A DNA stretch of 64,000 nucleotides from Abditibacterium sp. (lineage in GTDB: Bacteria > Armatimonadota > Abditibacteriia > Abditibacteriales > Abditibacteriaceae), in the NCBI GenBank assembly GCA_965246885.1, contig OZ251992.1, positions 2,080,001 through 2,144,000 on the forward strand. Direction: 5' to 3'. Below are positions 1 through 8,793 of the stretch, one piece after another. The position numbers and the translations under genes are program-made. Position 1 is the first letter of the stretch, and every line of letters starts with the position of its first letter. The notes beneath the pieces are model-generated. The model did not search any database. It was not told the DNA's origin and saw only the letters and a list, made by a program, of their open reading frames with translations.

Positions 1-51
1 GGCGGAGCGGAGTTACAATTTCTTCTTGCGCTTTTCCAAGAGGCGCACTTT

Positions 52-123
52 GCCGGTGTAGCTCAGGGGTAGAGCAGCTGTTTTGTAAACAGCCGGTCGG
101 GGGTTCGAATCCGTCCATCGGCT
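52..123 (+). tRNA. tRNA-Thr(UGU)
   Basis: Cloverleaf: acceptor GCCGGTG/CATCGGC, anticodon arm GCTGT-TT TGT AA-ACAGC, T-loop GGTTCGAATCC; no encoded CCA. Confidence 0.96.
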
Positions 124-162
124 TCGCCAAGACTTGTTTGGGCGAAGAACTTTGAAAAATTA

Positions 163-245
163 GCAAGGGTGGCCGAGCGGTTAATGGCAGCAGACTGTAA
201 ATCTGCCGAGGTGACTCTACGGCGGTTCGAATCCGCCCCCTTGCA
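163..245 (+). tRNA. tRNA-Tyr(GUA)
   Basis: Acceptor GCAAGGG/CCCTTGC, anticodon arm GCAGA-CT GTA AA-TCTGC, long variable arm, GGTTCGAATCC. Confidence 0.96.
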
Positions 246-258
246 GTACACTTTGGCC

Positions 259-813
259 GTGCCAAAGTGCCACCGATGCAGTTCGCATTTCCCAAACACG
301 CTCACTTTGGAAGGACGTGTGCGCTATTTGGGGAATCGCAAGTATTGTTTGGAGTGTTCGCCTTTTGGCGGGCACAACACGCGCAGAGTGGAAGTTGAGC
401 GGGCCTCTACTTGCGCGGTTTGCCGGGGAAAGCATCATTTGAAGGGTAATCTCTGCCGCTATTGCACGAATAAAATCGCGCGTTGGCGGCTCAAGTTGGC
501 GATGGTGCGGGCCAAGGGCGGGAGGTGCGAGCGTTGCGGATGGAGTGGCAATCCTGTCGCTTTTGACTTCCATCATGTCGACCCGTCTCTCGAGGAAGTC
601 TCCTTGAACATGGCCACGCAAAGCCGCGTGACGATGTTGAAGGAGTTGGAAAAGTGCATCTTGCTTTGCACGCGCTGTCATCGGTTGGAACACGCGACTG
701 AGAACCGCGTCGAGTTTTGGGAGCAAGTGTTCAACTATCGCGGTGGATTAGAGATAGGGAATAGAGAAGAGTGGGACTTTCTTTTTGAAGGTGTTGAAGA
801 TACGCCTCTGTAG
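259..813 (+). CDS. Zn-finger HNH endonuclease (free-standing, homing-endonuclease-like)
   Basis: CxxC pairs (CHRC, CLEC, CAVC, CRYC), then KGGRCERCG...FDFHHVDP...ELEKCILLCTRCHRLEH HNH core; first plausible start after tRNA-Tyr is GTG 259; stop lies inside tRNA-Thr(GGU). Confidence 0.85.
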   Translation: MPKCHRCSSHFPNTLTLEGRVRYLGNRKYCLECSPFGGHNTRRVEVERASTCAVCRGKHHLKGNLCRYCTNKIARWRLKLAMVRAKGGRCERCGWSGNPVAFDFHHVDPSLEEVSLNMATQSRVTMLKELEKCILLCTRCHRLEHATENRVEFWEQVFNYRGGLEIGNREEWDFLFEGVEDTPL

Positions 814-875
814 TTCAGTGGCAGAACGCTTCCTTGGTAAGGAAGTGGTCACCAGTTCGATTCTGGTCAGAGGCT
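804..875 (+). tRNA. tRNA-Thr(GGU)
   Basis: Acceptor GCCTCTG/CAGAGGC, anticodon arm CTTCC-TT GGT AA-GGAAG, T-arm ACCAG-TTCGATT-CTGGT. Confidence 0.95.
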
Positions 876-921
876 TTTAGTTGAAGCGATTCATCTATCG
901 GATAATTGGAACGAAGAATAT

Positions 922-993
922 ACGGGTATAGTTCAGTGGTAGAACGTCGGTCTCCAAAACCGGATGTCGTGGGTTCGAGTCCTACTACCCGTG
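922..993 (+). tRNA. tRNA-Trp(CCA)
   Basis: Acceptor ACGGGTA/TACCCGT, anticodon arm TCGGT-CT CCA AA-ACCGG; canonical position before secE. Confidence 0.96.
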
Positions 994-1086
994 TCCTCGC
1001 TATAACGAATGTCAGGCGGGCGGCTCTCCTTGGAGGGAGCCGCCGCGTCGGGCGCTCGTTTGGCGTGTGGGAGAGGCAACAATTTC

Positions 1087-1479
1087 ATGGCCATCGTCAG
1101 AACCACACCGAGGGAAACGGAAAGCAGCGACCCTTCCGGCGAAACCCCCTCACAGGGCATCACCCGAAGCGTCGACCGCACCAAGTCAGTCGTCAATCAA
1201 GGCGGGCGCCCGCAAGCGCGTCCGGCCCGCGTGCCCGGTCAAATGAACCGGAGCGCGGCGCAGCAACAAATCGCCGAAGGCGGCGCGCGCCAGTTCTGGG
1301 ACGATACGCTCCTCGAACTCAAGCGCGTCGTGTGGCCCACCAAAGAAGAGCGGGCCGCCGGAACGATTGTGACGATTGGGATGCTCGTTTTCTTTGCCCT
1401 GTTCATCACCAGCCTTGAAGTCGCCGTGAGTCACCTATTTCAGTGGGTGCACATCCTCCCCGCGCCAGTGGGTAAGTAG
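1087..1479 (+). CDS. secE: Preprotein translocase subunit SecE
   Basis: ELKRVVWPT motif plus one TM helix; between tRNA-Trp and nusG; GGAGAGG upstream of ATG 1087. Confidence 0.92.
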   Translation: MAIVRTTPRETESSDPSGETPSQGITRSVDRTKSVVNQGGRPQARPARVPGQMNRSAAQQQIAEGGARQFWDDTLLELKRVVWPTKEERAAGTIVTIGMLVFFALFITSLEVAVSHLFQWVHILPAPVGK

Positions 1480-1569
1480 CGTATTGCTTCCGCGCGGGCT
1501 TGCGCCCGCGTTCTTGCGTCTCTACCGCCGGTGGAGGCGCCGACCTGTCCGCGCTTGGCGGAGGAAATT

Positions 1570-2106
1570 ATGGCGAAACAGTGGTATGCGGTTCACACCT
1601 TTTCCGGTCAGGAAGACAAGGTGCAGCAAAACATCGAGAAACGCTCCGAAGCGGTCGGGCTTCGCACGCGCATTTCGCGCGTCGTCGTGCCGACCGAGGA
1701 CGAGCAACGGATGCGCGGCCAGAAAGTCGTCACGGTGAAGAAGAAAATCTTCCCCGGCTATGTCCTCATCGAGATGGACATGGACGACGAGACGTGGCAC
1801 TTCGTGCGCCAAACCGTCGGCGTGACCGGCTTTTTGGGGCAAGTGACCGGCACGGCGACGCGCCCGACGCCGCTTCGCCCCGAAGAAGTGGACGCCCTGC
1901 TCGGCGAGTCGCTCGGCCTGCCGAAGCTGACCACCATCTTCCATAAGGGAGACCAAGTGTCGGTCATTGGCGGCCCGTTCACCGGCTCGGAAGGGCACAT
2001 TGAGGAGATTAACCCCGAAACCGAAAAGGTGACGGTCTCCATCACCCTCTTTGGCCGCGAGCAACGGGTGCCGCTCGATTTTGCGAACGTGGAGAAGGTC
2101 GTTTAA
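1570..2106 (+). CDS. nusG: Transcription termination/antitermination factor NusG
   Basis: WYAVHTFSGQE, KKIFPGYVLIEM, KOW GGPFTG; GGAGG SD. Confidence 0.97.
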   Translation: MAKQWYAVHTFSGQEDKVQQNIEKRSEAVGLRTRISRVVVPTEDEQRMRGQKVVTVKKKIFPGYVLIEMDMDDETWHFVRQTVGVTGFLGQVTGTATRPTPLRPEEVDALLGESLGLPKLTTIFHKGDQVSVIGGPFTGSEGHIEEINPETEKVTVSITLFGREQRVPLDFANVEKVV

Positions 2107-2154
2107 ACACACTACGCCCCTGCTTTGGCAGTGCGGAGTAGCACATGAAACATC

Positions 2155-2580
2155 ATGGCAAAGAAAGTTACAGGATTCATCAAATTGCAGTTGCCTGCGG
2201 GCGCTGCCGCTCCGTCGCCGCCCGTTGGCCCGGCGTTGGGCCAGCATGGTGTCAACATCATGCAGTTCGTCAAAGCGTATAACGAGCAAACGGCGGCGCA
2301 GACCGGGCAAATCATCCCCGTCGAAATCACCGTTTATCAAGACCGCTCGTTCACGTTCATCTTGAAGACGCCCCCGGCTGCCGACCTGCTCAAAAAAGCG
2401 GCGGGCATCAAGTCGGGCGCGAAGAACCCGCTCAAAGACCGCGCCGGTGCCATCACCGACGTGCAACTGGCGGAACTGGCGCAACTCAAGATGAAAGACT
2501 TGAACGCCAAGGACATCGACGGCGCGAAGAAGATTCTCGCCGGAACCGCCCGCTCGATGGGCATCAAGATTGAGGGCTAA
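2155..2580 (+). CDS. rplK: 50S ribosomal protein L11
   Basis: [24 protein letters not shown]. Confidence 0.98.
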   Translation: MAKKVTGFIKLQLPAGAAAPSPPVGPALGQHGVNIMQFVKAYNEQTAAQTGQIIPVEITVYQDRSFTFILKTPPAADLLKKAAGIKSGAKNPLKDRAGAITDVQLAELAQLKMKDLNAKDIDGAKKILAGTARSMGIKIEG

Positions 2581-2589
2581 CTCAGAACT

Positions 2590-3282
2590 ATGGCGAACAC
2601 ACATGGAAAACGGTTTCGCGCCCTGAGCGAAACCTTCGACGCGAAAATCCAATACCCGCTTTCCGAAGCGGTGGAACTGGTCAAAAAGACCTCGAACGCG
2701 AAGTTCGACGAAACGGTGGACGTGACGGTTGTCCTCGGCATTGACCCGAAAAAGGGCGACCAACAGGTGCGCGGCACCATCACGCTTCCGCACGGCACGG
2801 GCAAAACCCCGCGCGTCGTGGCGGTTGCGCGCGGCGAAGCGGCGACGGCGGCACAAGCGGCGGGCGCCGATTTGGTCGGCGCCGAGGATGTCATCGAGCA
2901 AATCGAGAAGGACGAACTCCAGTTCGACGTGCTTGTGGCGACACCCGACATGATGCGCCTTCTGTCCCGCTTGGGCAAGAAGCTGGGGCCGCGTATGCCC
3001 AACGCCAAGTCGGGAACGGTCGGCCCCAACATCGGGCAGATCGTCTCAGACCGCAAAAAAGGCCAGATCGAATACCGCAACGAACCCAAAGCGGCGGTCA
3101 TTCACTCCATCATCGGCAAGTCCTCCTTCGAGGGCCAAGCCTTGACGGAGAACGCCAATGCCCTCATAGTCGCGCTCAACCGCGCCAAACCGAGCGCGGC
3201 CAAGGGCACATACTTAAAAGCGATTACCCTTTCCTCCACGATGGGGCCGGGTGTCAAAGTGGACGTGTCCAGCCTCCGCTAA
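2590..3282 (+). CDS. rplA: 50S ribosomal protein L1
   Basis: KFDETVD, VRGTITLPHGTGK, SSTMGPG. Confidence 0.98.
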   Translation: MANTHGKRFRALSETFDAKIQYPLSEAVELVKKTSNAKFDETVDVTVVLGIDPKKGDQQVRGTITLPHGTGKTPRVVAVARGEAATAAQAAGADLVGAEDVIEQIEKDELQFDVLVATPDMMRLLSRLGKKLGPRMPNAKSGTVGPNIGQIVSDRKKGQIEYRNEPKAAVIHSIIGKSSFEGQALTENANALIVALNRAKPSAAKGTYLKAITLSSTMGPGVKVDVSSLR

Positions 3283-3297
3283 AGGAAACGAGAACTC

Positions 3298-3828
3298 ATG
3301 GTAGCCAAGAAATACAAAGACAAAGAAGCTCTCGTGGCCGAACTGCGCGAGAAACTGGGAACAGCGACGGCCATCGTCGTCACCGAATATCGCGGCCTCA
3401 AAGCCGGAGACTTGGTGACGCTCCGGCAAGACCTGCGCGGCTCGAACGTGGAACTACGTGTCGTCAAAAACACGCTTCTGCGGCGCGCGAGCGAAGGGAT
3501 GCCGGTTCACGATCTGGCGCTCCAACTCAAAGGCCCCTCCGCCGTCGCAATGGCGTTCGGGGAGCCGACCGACGCGGCCAAGAAACTGGATGACAGCGCC
3601 AAGGCGCTTTCCGCCTTCAACTTGCAAGGCGGCGTCATCGAGTCCATGATCGTGTCAGGCGAACAAGTCGCGGCGATTGCGAAATTGCCCTCGAAAAAGG
3701 AACTGCAAGCGAAAGCGGTCGGCGCCCTCCAAGGCCCGCTCGCCGGATTGGTCTTCACTTTGTCAGGCGTGCTGTCGAACTTCGTCGGCATCCTGCAAGC
3801 GAAAATAGACGCCGAAACCGCGTCGTAA
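3298..3828 (+). CDS. rplJ: 50S ribosomal protein L10
   Basis: EYRGL, VVKNTL, LPSKKEL; synteny. Confidence 0.96.
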   Translation: MVAKKYKDKEALVAELREKLGTATAIVVTEYRGLKAGDLVTLRQDLRGSNVELRVVKNTLLRRASEGMPVHDLALQLKGPSAVAMAFGEPTDAAKKLDDSAKALSAFNLQGGVIESMIVSGEQVAAIAKLPSKKELQAKAVGALQGPLAGLVFTLSGVLSNFVGILQAKIDAETAS

Positions 3829-3903
3829 AACCGGGTTTCAACCTCGCTTAATCTGGTCAGGAGCGCCCTAAGCGACTCCAACTCCTGCCCCGCGAACAAC
3901 ATC

Positions 3904-4296
3904 ATGGCAACAGAAAAGATCCAAGGTATCCTTGACACAGTCGGCGGCTTGTCCGTCCTCGAATTGAACGAACTCGTGAAAGAGTTGCAAGAGCAATGGG
4001 GCGTCACCGCCGCCGTTGCTGCGGCCCCGGCCTCCGGCGGCGGCGGCGGAGCGGCGGAAGCTGCGGCTCCCGCCGAAGAGCAGACCGAGTTCTCGGTCAT
4101 CATCAAAGAAGCGGGCGCCCAGAAGATTCAGGTCATCAAAGCCGTCCGCGAAGTTGTCCCGTCGCTCGGCCTCAAAGAAGCCAAAGACGTGGTGGACGCC
4201 GCGCCCAAGGCCGTCTTGGAAAACGCGACCAAAGAAGACGCGCAAAAGGCCAAAGAAAAACTCGAAGCCGCAGGCGCCGTCGTCGAAATCAAGTAA
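3904..4296 (+). CDS. rplL: 50S ribosomal protein L7/L12
   Basis: [27 protein letters not shown]. Confidence 0.98.
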   Translation: MATEKIQGILDTVGGLSVLELNELVKELQEQWGVTAAVAAAPASGGGGGAAEAAAPAEEQTEFSVIIKEAGAQKIQVIKAVREVVPSLGLKEAKDVVDAAPKAVLENATKEDAQKAKEKLEAAGAVVEIK

Positions 4297-4313
4297 CTTG
4301 GCCCCGGCACTAC

Positions 4314-4343
4314 AAACCCGCCCCCGTCTGGGGGCGGGTTTTT
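4314..4343 (+). terminator. Rho-independent terminator after rplL
   Basis: AAACCCGCCCCC-gtct-GGGGGCGGGTTTTT. Confidence 0.9.
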
Positions 4344-4357
4344 GCGTATATTAAGGT

Positions 4358-4960
4358 GTGTCTCCCGAACAAAAGCAGCGCCGCCAAGCAATTTTCGATG
4401 CGGACTATGAGAATCAATACGCGGTTGTCGAACTCTTGACACGGCATTATCTGGAGGCTTGCCCACGCGATGCTAATGTATACCTGCGGCGCGCTCGCAC
4501 ATTGGCAATGCTCAATCGCCACGCTGAAGCTGAGGGTAGTGTCGAACAGGCGCTCGATGTTATAGCTGATGAGAAACTGATGCCATTCGTCTGGACGGTG
4601 AAAGCGGCGATACTTGAACGCCAAGGCCGGTTTCTGGAAGCAGAACAGGCTTATGTTGAAGCTAATGCTCTGGAACCCAACCAATGCTGGTTGCTGTGTC
4701 TGCTCGCCCACATGACATGGATGGGTGGTGATCTGCCACTGGCCGAGCAGCGATTCCGAGAGGCTTTGGCCGTCGAAGGTGAAGAGCACGACGAAGCCTT
4801 CTACAATTTGGGCGGCGTGTTAGTCGCGCTCGGACGTTTGGAAGAAGCCGCCGACTGCTACCGCCAAGCCCTCGCGCTTTCGCCCGATTACGACATCGCG
4901 CGGGTGCGATTAACCGATGTGGAGCGCGCTTTGGAGTTGCAACGGGAAGCGGACGGGTAG
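4358..4960 (+). CDS. Tetratricopeptide repeat protein
   Basis: TPR motifs such as AFYNLGGVLVALGRLEEAADCYRQALALSPDY; GTG start uncertain. Confidence 0.85.
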   Translation: MSPEQKQRRQAIFDADYENQYAVVELLTRHYLEACPRDANVYLRRARTLAMLNRHAEAEGSVEQALDVIADEKLMPFVWTVKAAILERQGRFLEAEQAYVEANALEPNQCWLLCLLAHMTWMGGDLPLAEQRFREALAVEGEEHDEAFYNLGGVLVALGRLEEAADCYRQALALSPDYDIARVRLTDVERALELQREADG

Positions 4961-4997
4961 GGGTGGAAGCGTAGGGTGGCGGCGGTCAAACTGAAAG

Positions 4998-6389
4998 GTG
5001 CGCCCGCGCGCTTTGCCCGTGAAAATTTCCGCTCCGCATGTCGTTAAGCCCCGCCACTCGTTGCGCCGCTTTTTGCTGGTGTGGTCGGCGGCCATTGGCG
5101 CGGCGTTTCTGCTTCTGGCGCTGGATGCGGGGACGGCGCTGGTGCGGCTCGACGGCGAAGCGCGGCGCAGTTTGAGCGACACGCGGCGCTTGCAATTGGA
5201 GCAGGAGTTCGAGTTGGCCGCGCTTGGAGCCAACCGTAAGCCCCACGCCGACTGGAGCCGCGCCGACGCCGCGTTAGAGCGCTTGAAGCGCGAAGAACCG
5301 GCACGGGGCGTCGTCCTAAAATTACTGGGCGAGCGCTACGAGCGCCTCAAAATCGCCTTCAACCCGGCCAATCCCGCCGGTGATGAGAGCGATTTCTTGG
5401 ACGCTTTTCGCGCCCTACGCGCCAGAGAATTGCAACGTACCAAAGCGCAAACCCGCGCGGATGAGGAGCAAGACCGCGTTTCGCGCTTGTCCATTCTCGC
5501 GCTGTCGGGCGTGGCGCTCGTGGGCCTAACGCTGGGAGGAGTGCGCTTGTGGACGCGCGTGTTTGAACCGACCATAGCCATCACCGCCGCCGCGCGGCGC
5601 TTCGAGGATGGCGACTTGGCGGCGCGCGTCCGGGTGCAGTATCCCGACGAACTGGGAGAGTTGGGCGCGACTTTCAACGATATGGCGGGCGCCCTACAAA
5701 CGCGCGAACACGAGAAACTGCGTTTTGTCGCGTCGGTCGCGCACGACCTCAAAACGCCCCTCGTCGTCGTGGGCGGCGCCGCGATGCTCTTGAGCGATCG
5801 CCCCGACCGCTTTTCTCCTGAAGAGCAAACGGAATGGCTGGGCCGCATCGCCCGCAACGCGCGCCGCATGGAAGCGATGATCGCCGACCTGACGGACGCC
5901 GTGCAAGGGCAAACCGGCACCCTGCAGTTGCGTTGCGCGCCGTGCGACCTCGCTGCCCTGTGGCGCGAGGCCGTCGAAGAGTGCGCCTTCTTGTTTCCCG
6001 ACCACACGCTCTGCTTCGAGGGCGCTTCCACCCTGACGCTGGACGGCGACGGCGCCCGTTTGGAGCGCGTGGCGGCCAACTTGCTTTCCAACGCGGCCAA
6101 GTATTCCGACCCCGACACGAGCATCGTCGCCCATCTCGAACGGCGCGACGGGTGGGCCATCGCCGAAGTGCGCGACCAAGGCGCGGGGATTTCGCCCGCC
6201 GACTTGAAGCGCCTCTTCGCGCCGTTCGTCCGCTTGGAAAGCACGCAGGACAAAGCCGCAGGAACGGGCTTGGGCTTGGCGACGGTGAAGAAGATCGTCG
6301 AAGCGCACGGCGGCTACTTGGAAGTCGAAAGCGCGGTCGCTGTTGGCTCCACCTTTCGCGTCTTCTTGCCCACCGACGCCGCGCCATGA
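4998..6389 (+). CDS. Membrane sensor histidine kinase (HAMP-HisKA-HATPase)
   Basis: Two TM segments, HAMP DELGELGATFNDM, H-box VAHDLKTPL, N-box NLLSNAAKYS, GTGLGL; start uncertain. Confidence 0.93.
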   Translation: MRPRALPVKISAPHVVKPRHSLRRFLLVWSAAIGAAFLLLALDAGTALVRLDGEARRSLSDTRRLQLEQEFELAALGANRKPHADWSRADAALERLKREEPARGVVLKLLGERYERLKIAFNPANPAGDESDFLDAFRALRARELQRTKAQTRADEEQDRVSRLSILALSGVALVGLTLGGVRLWTRVFEPTIAITAAARRFEDGDLAARVRVQYPDELGELGATFNDMAGALQTREHEKLRFVASVAHDLKTPLVVVGGAAMLLSDRPDRFSPEEQTEWLGRIARNARRMEAMIADLTDAVQGQTGTLQLRCAPCDLAALWREAVEECAFLFPDHTLCFEGASTLTLDGDGARLERVAANLLSNAAKYSDPDTSIVAHLERRDGWAIAEVRDQGAGISPADLKRLFAPFVRLESTQDKAAGTGLGLATVKKIVEAHGGYLEVESAVAVGSTFRVFLPTDAAP

Positions 6390-6961
6390 ACGACCTCTCT
6401 TTCCGCCCGGCGAACGTCGCCGATGCTTCTCTGCTTTACGCATGGCGGCAAGCGCCGCACGTCGCGCGCTGGTGGAACGTCGCGCCTTACGAGGCGAGCG
6501 ATGTCGCGGCAGTGGCGGCGGAGTTGGCGGGCGACGCGGCGCTGGAGGGGCACGAGTCGCTCGTTGTATTGCTCTATGACGTTCCGGTTGGCTACGTGCA
6601 AACGTATAACGCGGGCCGCGCGAGCGGCGACTGGTGGCCCGACGAGGGTGACGCGGTGCGCGGGCTGGACGTGCTCCTCGGCGAGGTTACACTGACAGGG
6701 CGCGGGTTGGGGCCGCGCATCGTTCGGGCGGTTTGCGCGCGGCTGTTCGAGGACGCGGGCGTCGAGAGCATCATCGTTGACCCGCACCCGGATAACGCGC
6801 GCTCGATTCGGGCCTTCGAGAAGGCGGGCTTCGCGGCGGAGAGCAGGCTGGCAACGCCCGACGGCGAGGCGTTGTTGATGCGACTCCGGCGCGCAACGAT
6901 GCCGCTTCAGCCGGAGGCAACGATCTTGAAAGTGCCGCCGCTATCACGGGCGATTTGTTGA
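6386..6961 (+). CDS. GNAT acetyltransferase, AAC(6')-Ib/IucB-like
   Basis: PHVARWW, GYVQTY, WWPDE..VRGLD, GRGLG, DPHPDNARSIRAFEKAGF; ATGA overlap with kinase stop. Confidence 0.85.
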   Translation: MNDLSFRPANVADASLLYAWRQAPHVARWWNVAPYEASDVAAVAAELAGDAALEGHESLVVLLYDVPVGYVQTYNAGRASGDWWPDEGDAVRGLDVLLGEVTLTGRGLGPRIVRAVCARLFEDAGVESIIVDPHPDNARSIRAFEKAGFAAESRLATPDGEALLMRLRRATMPLQPEATILKVPPLSRAIC

Positions 6962-8322
6962 AGCAAGGCAGTGGCCTCAAACTCTTCGTTTGGGGCGGGG
7001 TGTTCCGCATCGGGCGGGTTGTCGCCCTTAAGCCCTACCGTGTCTATCCTCGCGCCTCCGGTGTTCAGGGCGCGCACGAGCGCGCCCAGTTTAACGAAAT
7101 CCTGCACGCCATCAGTGGGCACGCCGTCGGTGACGAGCACGATGGTATTGACGCCGCGCATGCCGAACGCTTGGCGCATGGCGCGTTCGAGGTTGGTGCC
7201 GTCGTCGAGCGACATGGCATTTATCCACGCGTTGGCCTGCGCGATGTCGGCGGCGTTGGCGGGCACGAGCCGCTTCTTCCAGCGCCGCGCGGCGTGCGAT
7301 AGGGCGACAATGCCAAAGGTTTCGTCTGACCCCAAACCGCTCAACGCCTTGTGGAGTTCGCCCTTGGCACGCTCGATGCTTGGCTCCATGCTGAGCGAAA
7401 CGTCGAGGATGTATACGATATGACGCGGTGGCCCCCCGTCTTGACGCCCACCCACCCCGTAAGGGCCACCACCGCCAGGGCCGACACCATCACCACCGGG
7501 GCCGCCGTTATGACCTCCTCCGCCGTCTCCACCAGCGCCACCCTTGCGACCATCTCCGCCATTCCCACCGGGGCCGTTACCACCATCTCCGCCGTTTCCG
7601 CCGGGGCCGATTCCACCGGGGCCGCTACTTCCGCCGGGGCCGGGGCCTTTGTCACCGTCGGCGCCCGTTGCGCCGATATTTTTTCCGTCTCCTTCGCCGG
7701 GAGCCTTGTCGCTGGTGTGTCCAGAGTTCTCACCGGAGCCTTCTTTGTTGCCTTCTTTGGTTCCAGCGCCTTGAGTTAGGCCCGTCGCGGAACTGTTGGT
7801 AATGGTGGTGGGAAACGGTAACGGTGCTGCCGTTGAACGGGGCACCGGCGTTGCTTCTGGTGACGGTGTCGGATTGGACGTTTCGGAATGATTGGAAACC
7901 GGGCGCGGCGTCGGCGAGGTTTCGCGGCGCGGTTGGAAGTTGCGCGGAAACCGTTGCCGTTGGCGGGCGGGAGCCGTTGGAACCGGAACGGGAGTCGGGA
8001 GCGGCGCCACTGTGGGCGGGGGTGCAGGGACGGGCGTCGGCGGCGCGATGACAGGCGTGCGTCGGGGAGTGACGGGCGTCTGCCGAACGGTGCGGGGCGT
8101 CTGCCGATGAGTGACAGACGTCTGTCGAGGCGTGGCGGATGGTGCTAACGCGCGCAAGCTCACATGCATCAGCTTTTCCGGCGGCGCCGTTGCAGCGGGC
8201 GCGAAATGGGACAACGCCCACACCATTAGCCCGTGCAACAAGAGCGAACCCGCACCAATGCCCCACAACACATGAGAGGAGTTGCGACGGCGCCGCGAAG
8301 AGAGGAGGGGAGAAGAGCGCAT
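6907..8322 (-). CDS. TonB-like anchored Pro/Gly-rich protein with C-terminal vWA domain
   Basis: TM with SLLLHG (TonB/TolA SxxxH), Pro/Thr then Gly-rich linker, MIDAS DVSLSM...GTN...VTDG. Confidence 0.85.
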   Translation of the reverse strand: MRSSPLLSSRRRRNSSHVLWGIGAGSLLLHGLMVWALSHFAPAATAPPEKLMHVSLRALAPSATPRQTSVTHRQTPRTVRQTPVTPRRTPVIAPPTPVPAPPPTVAPLPTPVPVPTAPARQRQRFPRNFQPRRETSPTPRPVSNHSETSNPTPSPEATPVPRSTAAPLPFPTTITNSSATGLTQGAGTKEGNKEGSGENSGHTSDKAPGEGDGKNIGATGADGDKGPGPGGSSGPGGIGPGGNGGDGGNGPGGNGGDGRKGGAGGDGGGGHNGGPGGDGVGPGGGGPYGVGGRQDGGPPRHIVYILDVSLSMEPSIERAKGELHKALSGLGSDETFGIVALSHAARRWKKRLVPANAADIAQANAWINAMSLDDGTNLERAMRQAFGMRGVNTIVLVTDGVPTDGVQDFVKLGALVRALNTGGARIDTVGLKGDNPPDAEHPAPNEEFEATALLQQIARDSGGTFKIVASG

Positions 8323-8334
8323 GGGAGGAGGCAG

Positions 8335-8793
8335 TTACGGCTTTGGAGGTGGCCCTTGAGGAAGGCGCGTGCCAAGCGCCACGCCCGACAAACCCGCTTG
8401 GCGGGCCAAGTCCATCACCCGCACGACGCGCGCATAAGGGATGCCTTCGTCTCCCTTAATCGTGACGCTCACTTGTGGATTTTGCCGCACGCGCGCACGC
8501 ATTTCGGCCAAAAGCGCCGCCTCGTTGCTCGGCTTGCCATCCACCATCAGCAGGTCATCGCGCGTTAAAACAATGGTTAAATCGCGCGCGTTTTGCGAGA
8601 GCGCCCCACCGCTTTTGGCGGGCGGCAGTTGCATCTTCAGCCCCGACTCTTTCACAAAAGCCGTCGTCGCCATGAAGATGATAAGCAACACTAAAATCAC
8701 GTCCACCAAAGGAATGATATTGATTTCGGCCATCGGTTGCGGGCGTCCGGCGCGGCGGGTCGTGCCGCGCACCCGCGCGTCATTCAGGCGCAT
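8335..8793 (-). CDS. exbD: Biopolymer transport protein ExbD/TolR
   Basis: EINIIPLVDVILVLLIIFM, IKGDEGIPYARVVRVMD. Confidence 0.93.
   Translation of the reverse strand: MRLNDARVRGTTRRAGRPQPMAEINIIPLVDVILVLLIIFMATTAFVKESGLKMQLPPAKSGGALSQNARDLTIVLTRDDLLMVDGKPSNEAALLAEMRARVRQNPQVSVTIKGDEGIPYARVVRVMDLARQAGLSGVALGTRLPQGPPPKP

Noticed and set aside
169..258. ORF-track start of the HNH gene at 169
   Set aside because: Lies within tRNA-Tyr; GTG 259 is the first plausible start
246..803. Group I intron or split tRNA around the HNH ORF
   Set aside because: Both flanking tRNAs are complete, and the ORF leaves no room for a ribozyme core
1522..2901. 459-aa minus-strand ORF (likewise 14969-16450 and 17741-19057)
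   Set aside because: Antisense to well-conserved nusG, ribosomal and rpoA genes; no motifs
3283..3297. L10 leader RNA before rplJ
   Set aside because: The gap is only 15 nt
5834..6385. N-terminal extension of the GNAT ORF
   Set aside because: Out-of-frame overlap with the kinase; the ATGA junction at 6386 is the better start
7430..7700. Collagen-like or PE-PGRS gene from the Gly-rich stretch
   Set aside because: It is a low-complexity linker inside the TonB-like/vWA protein
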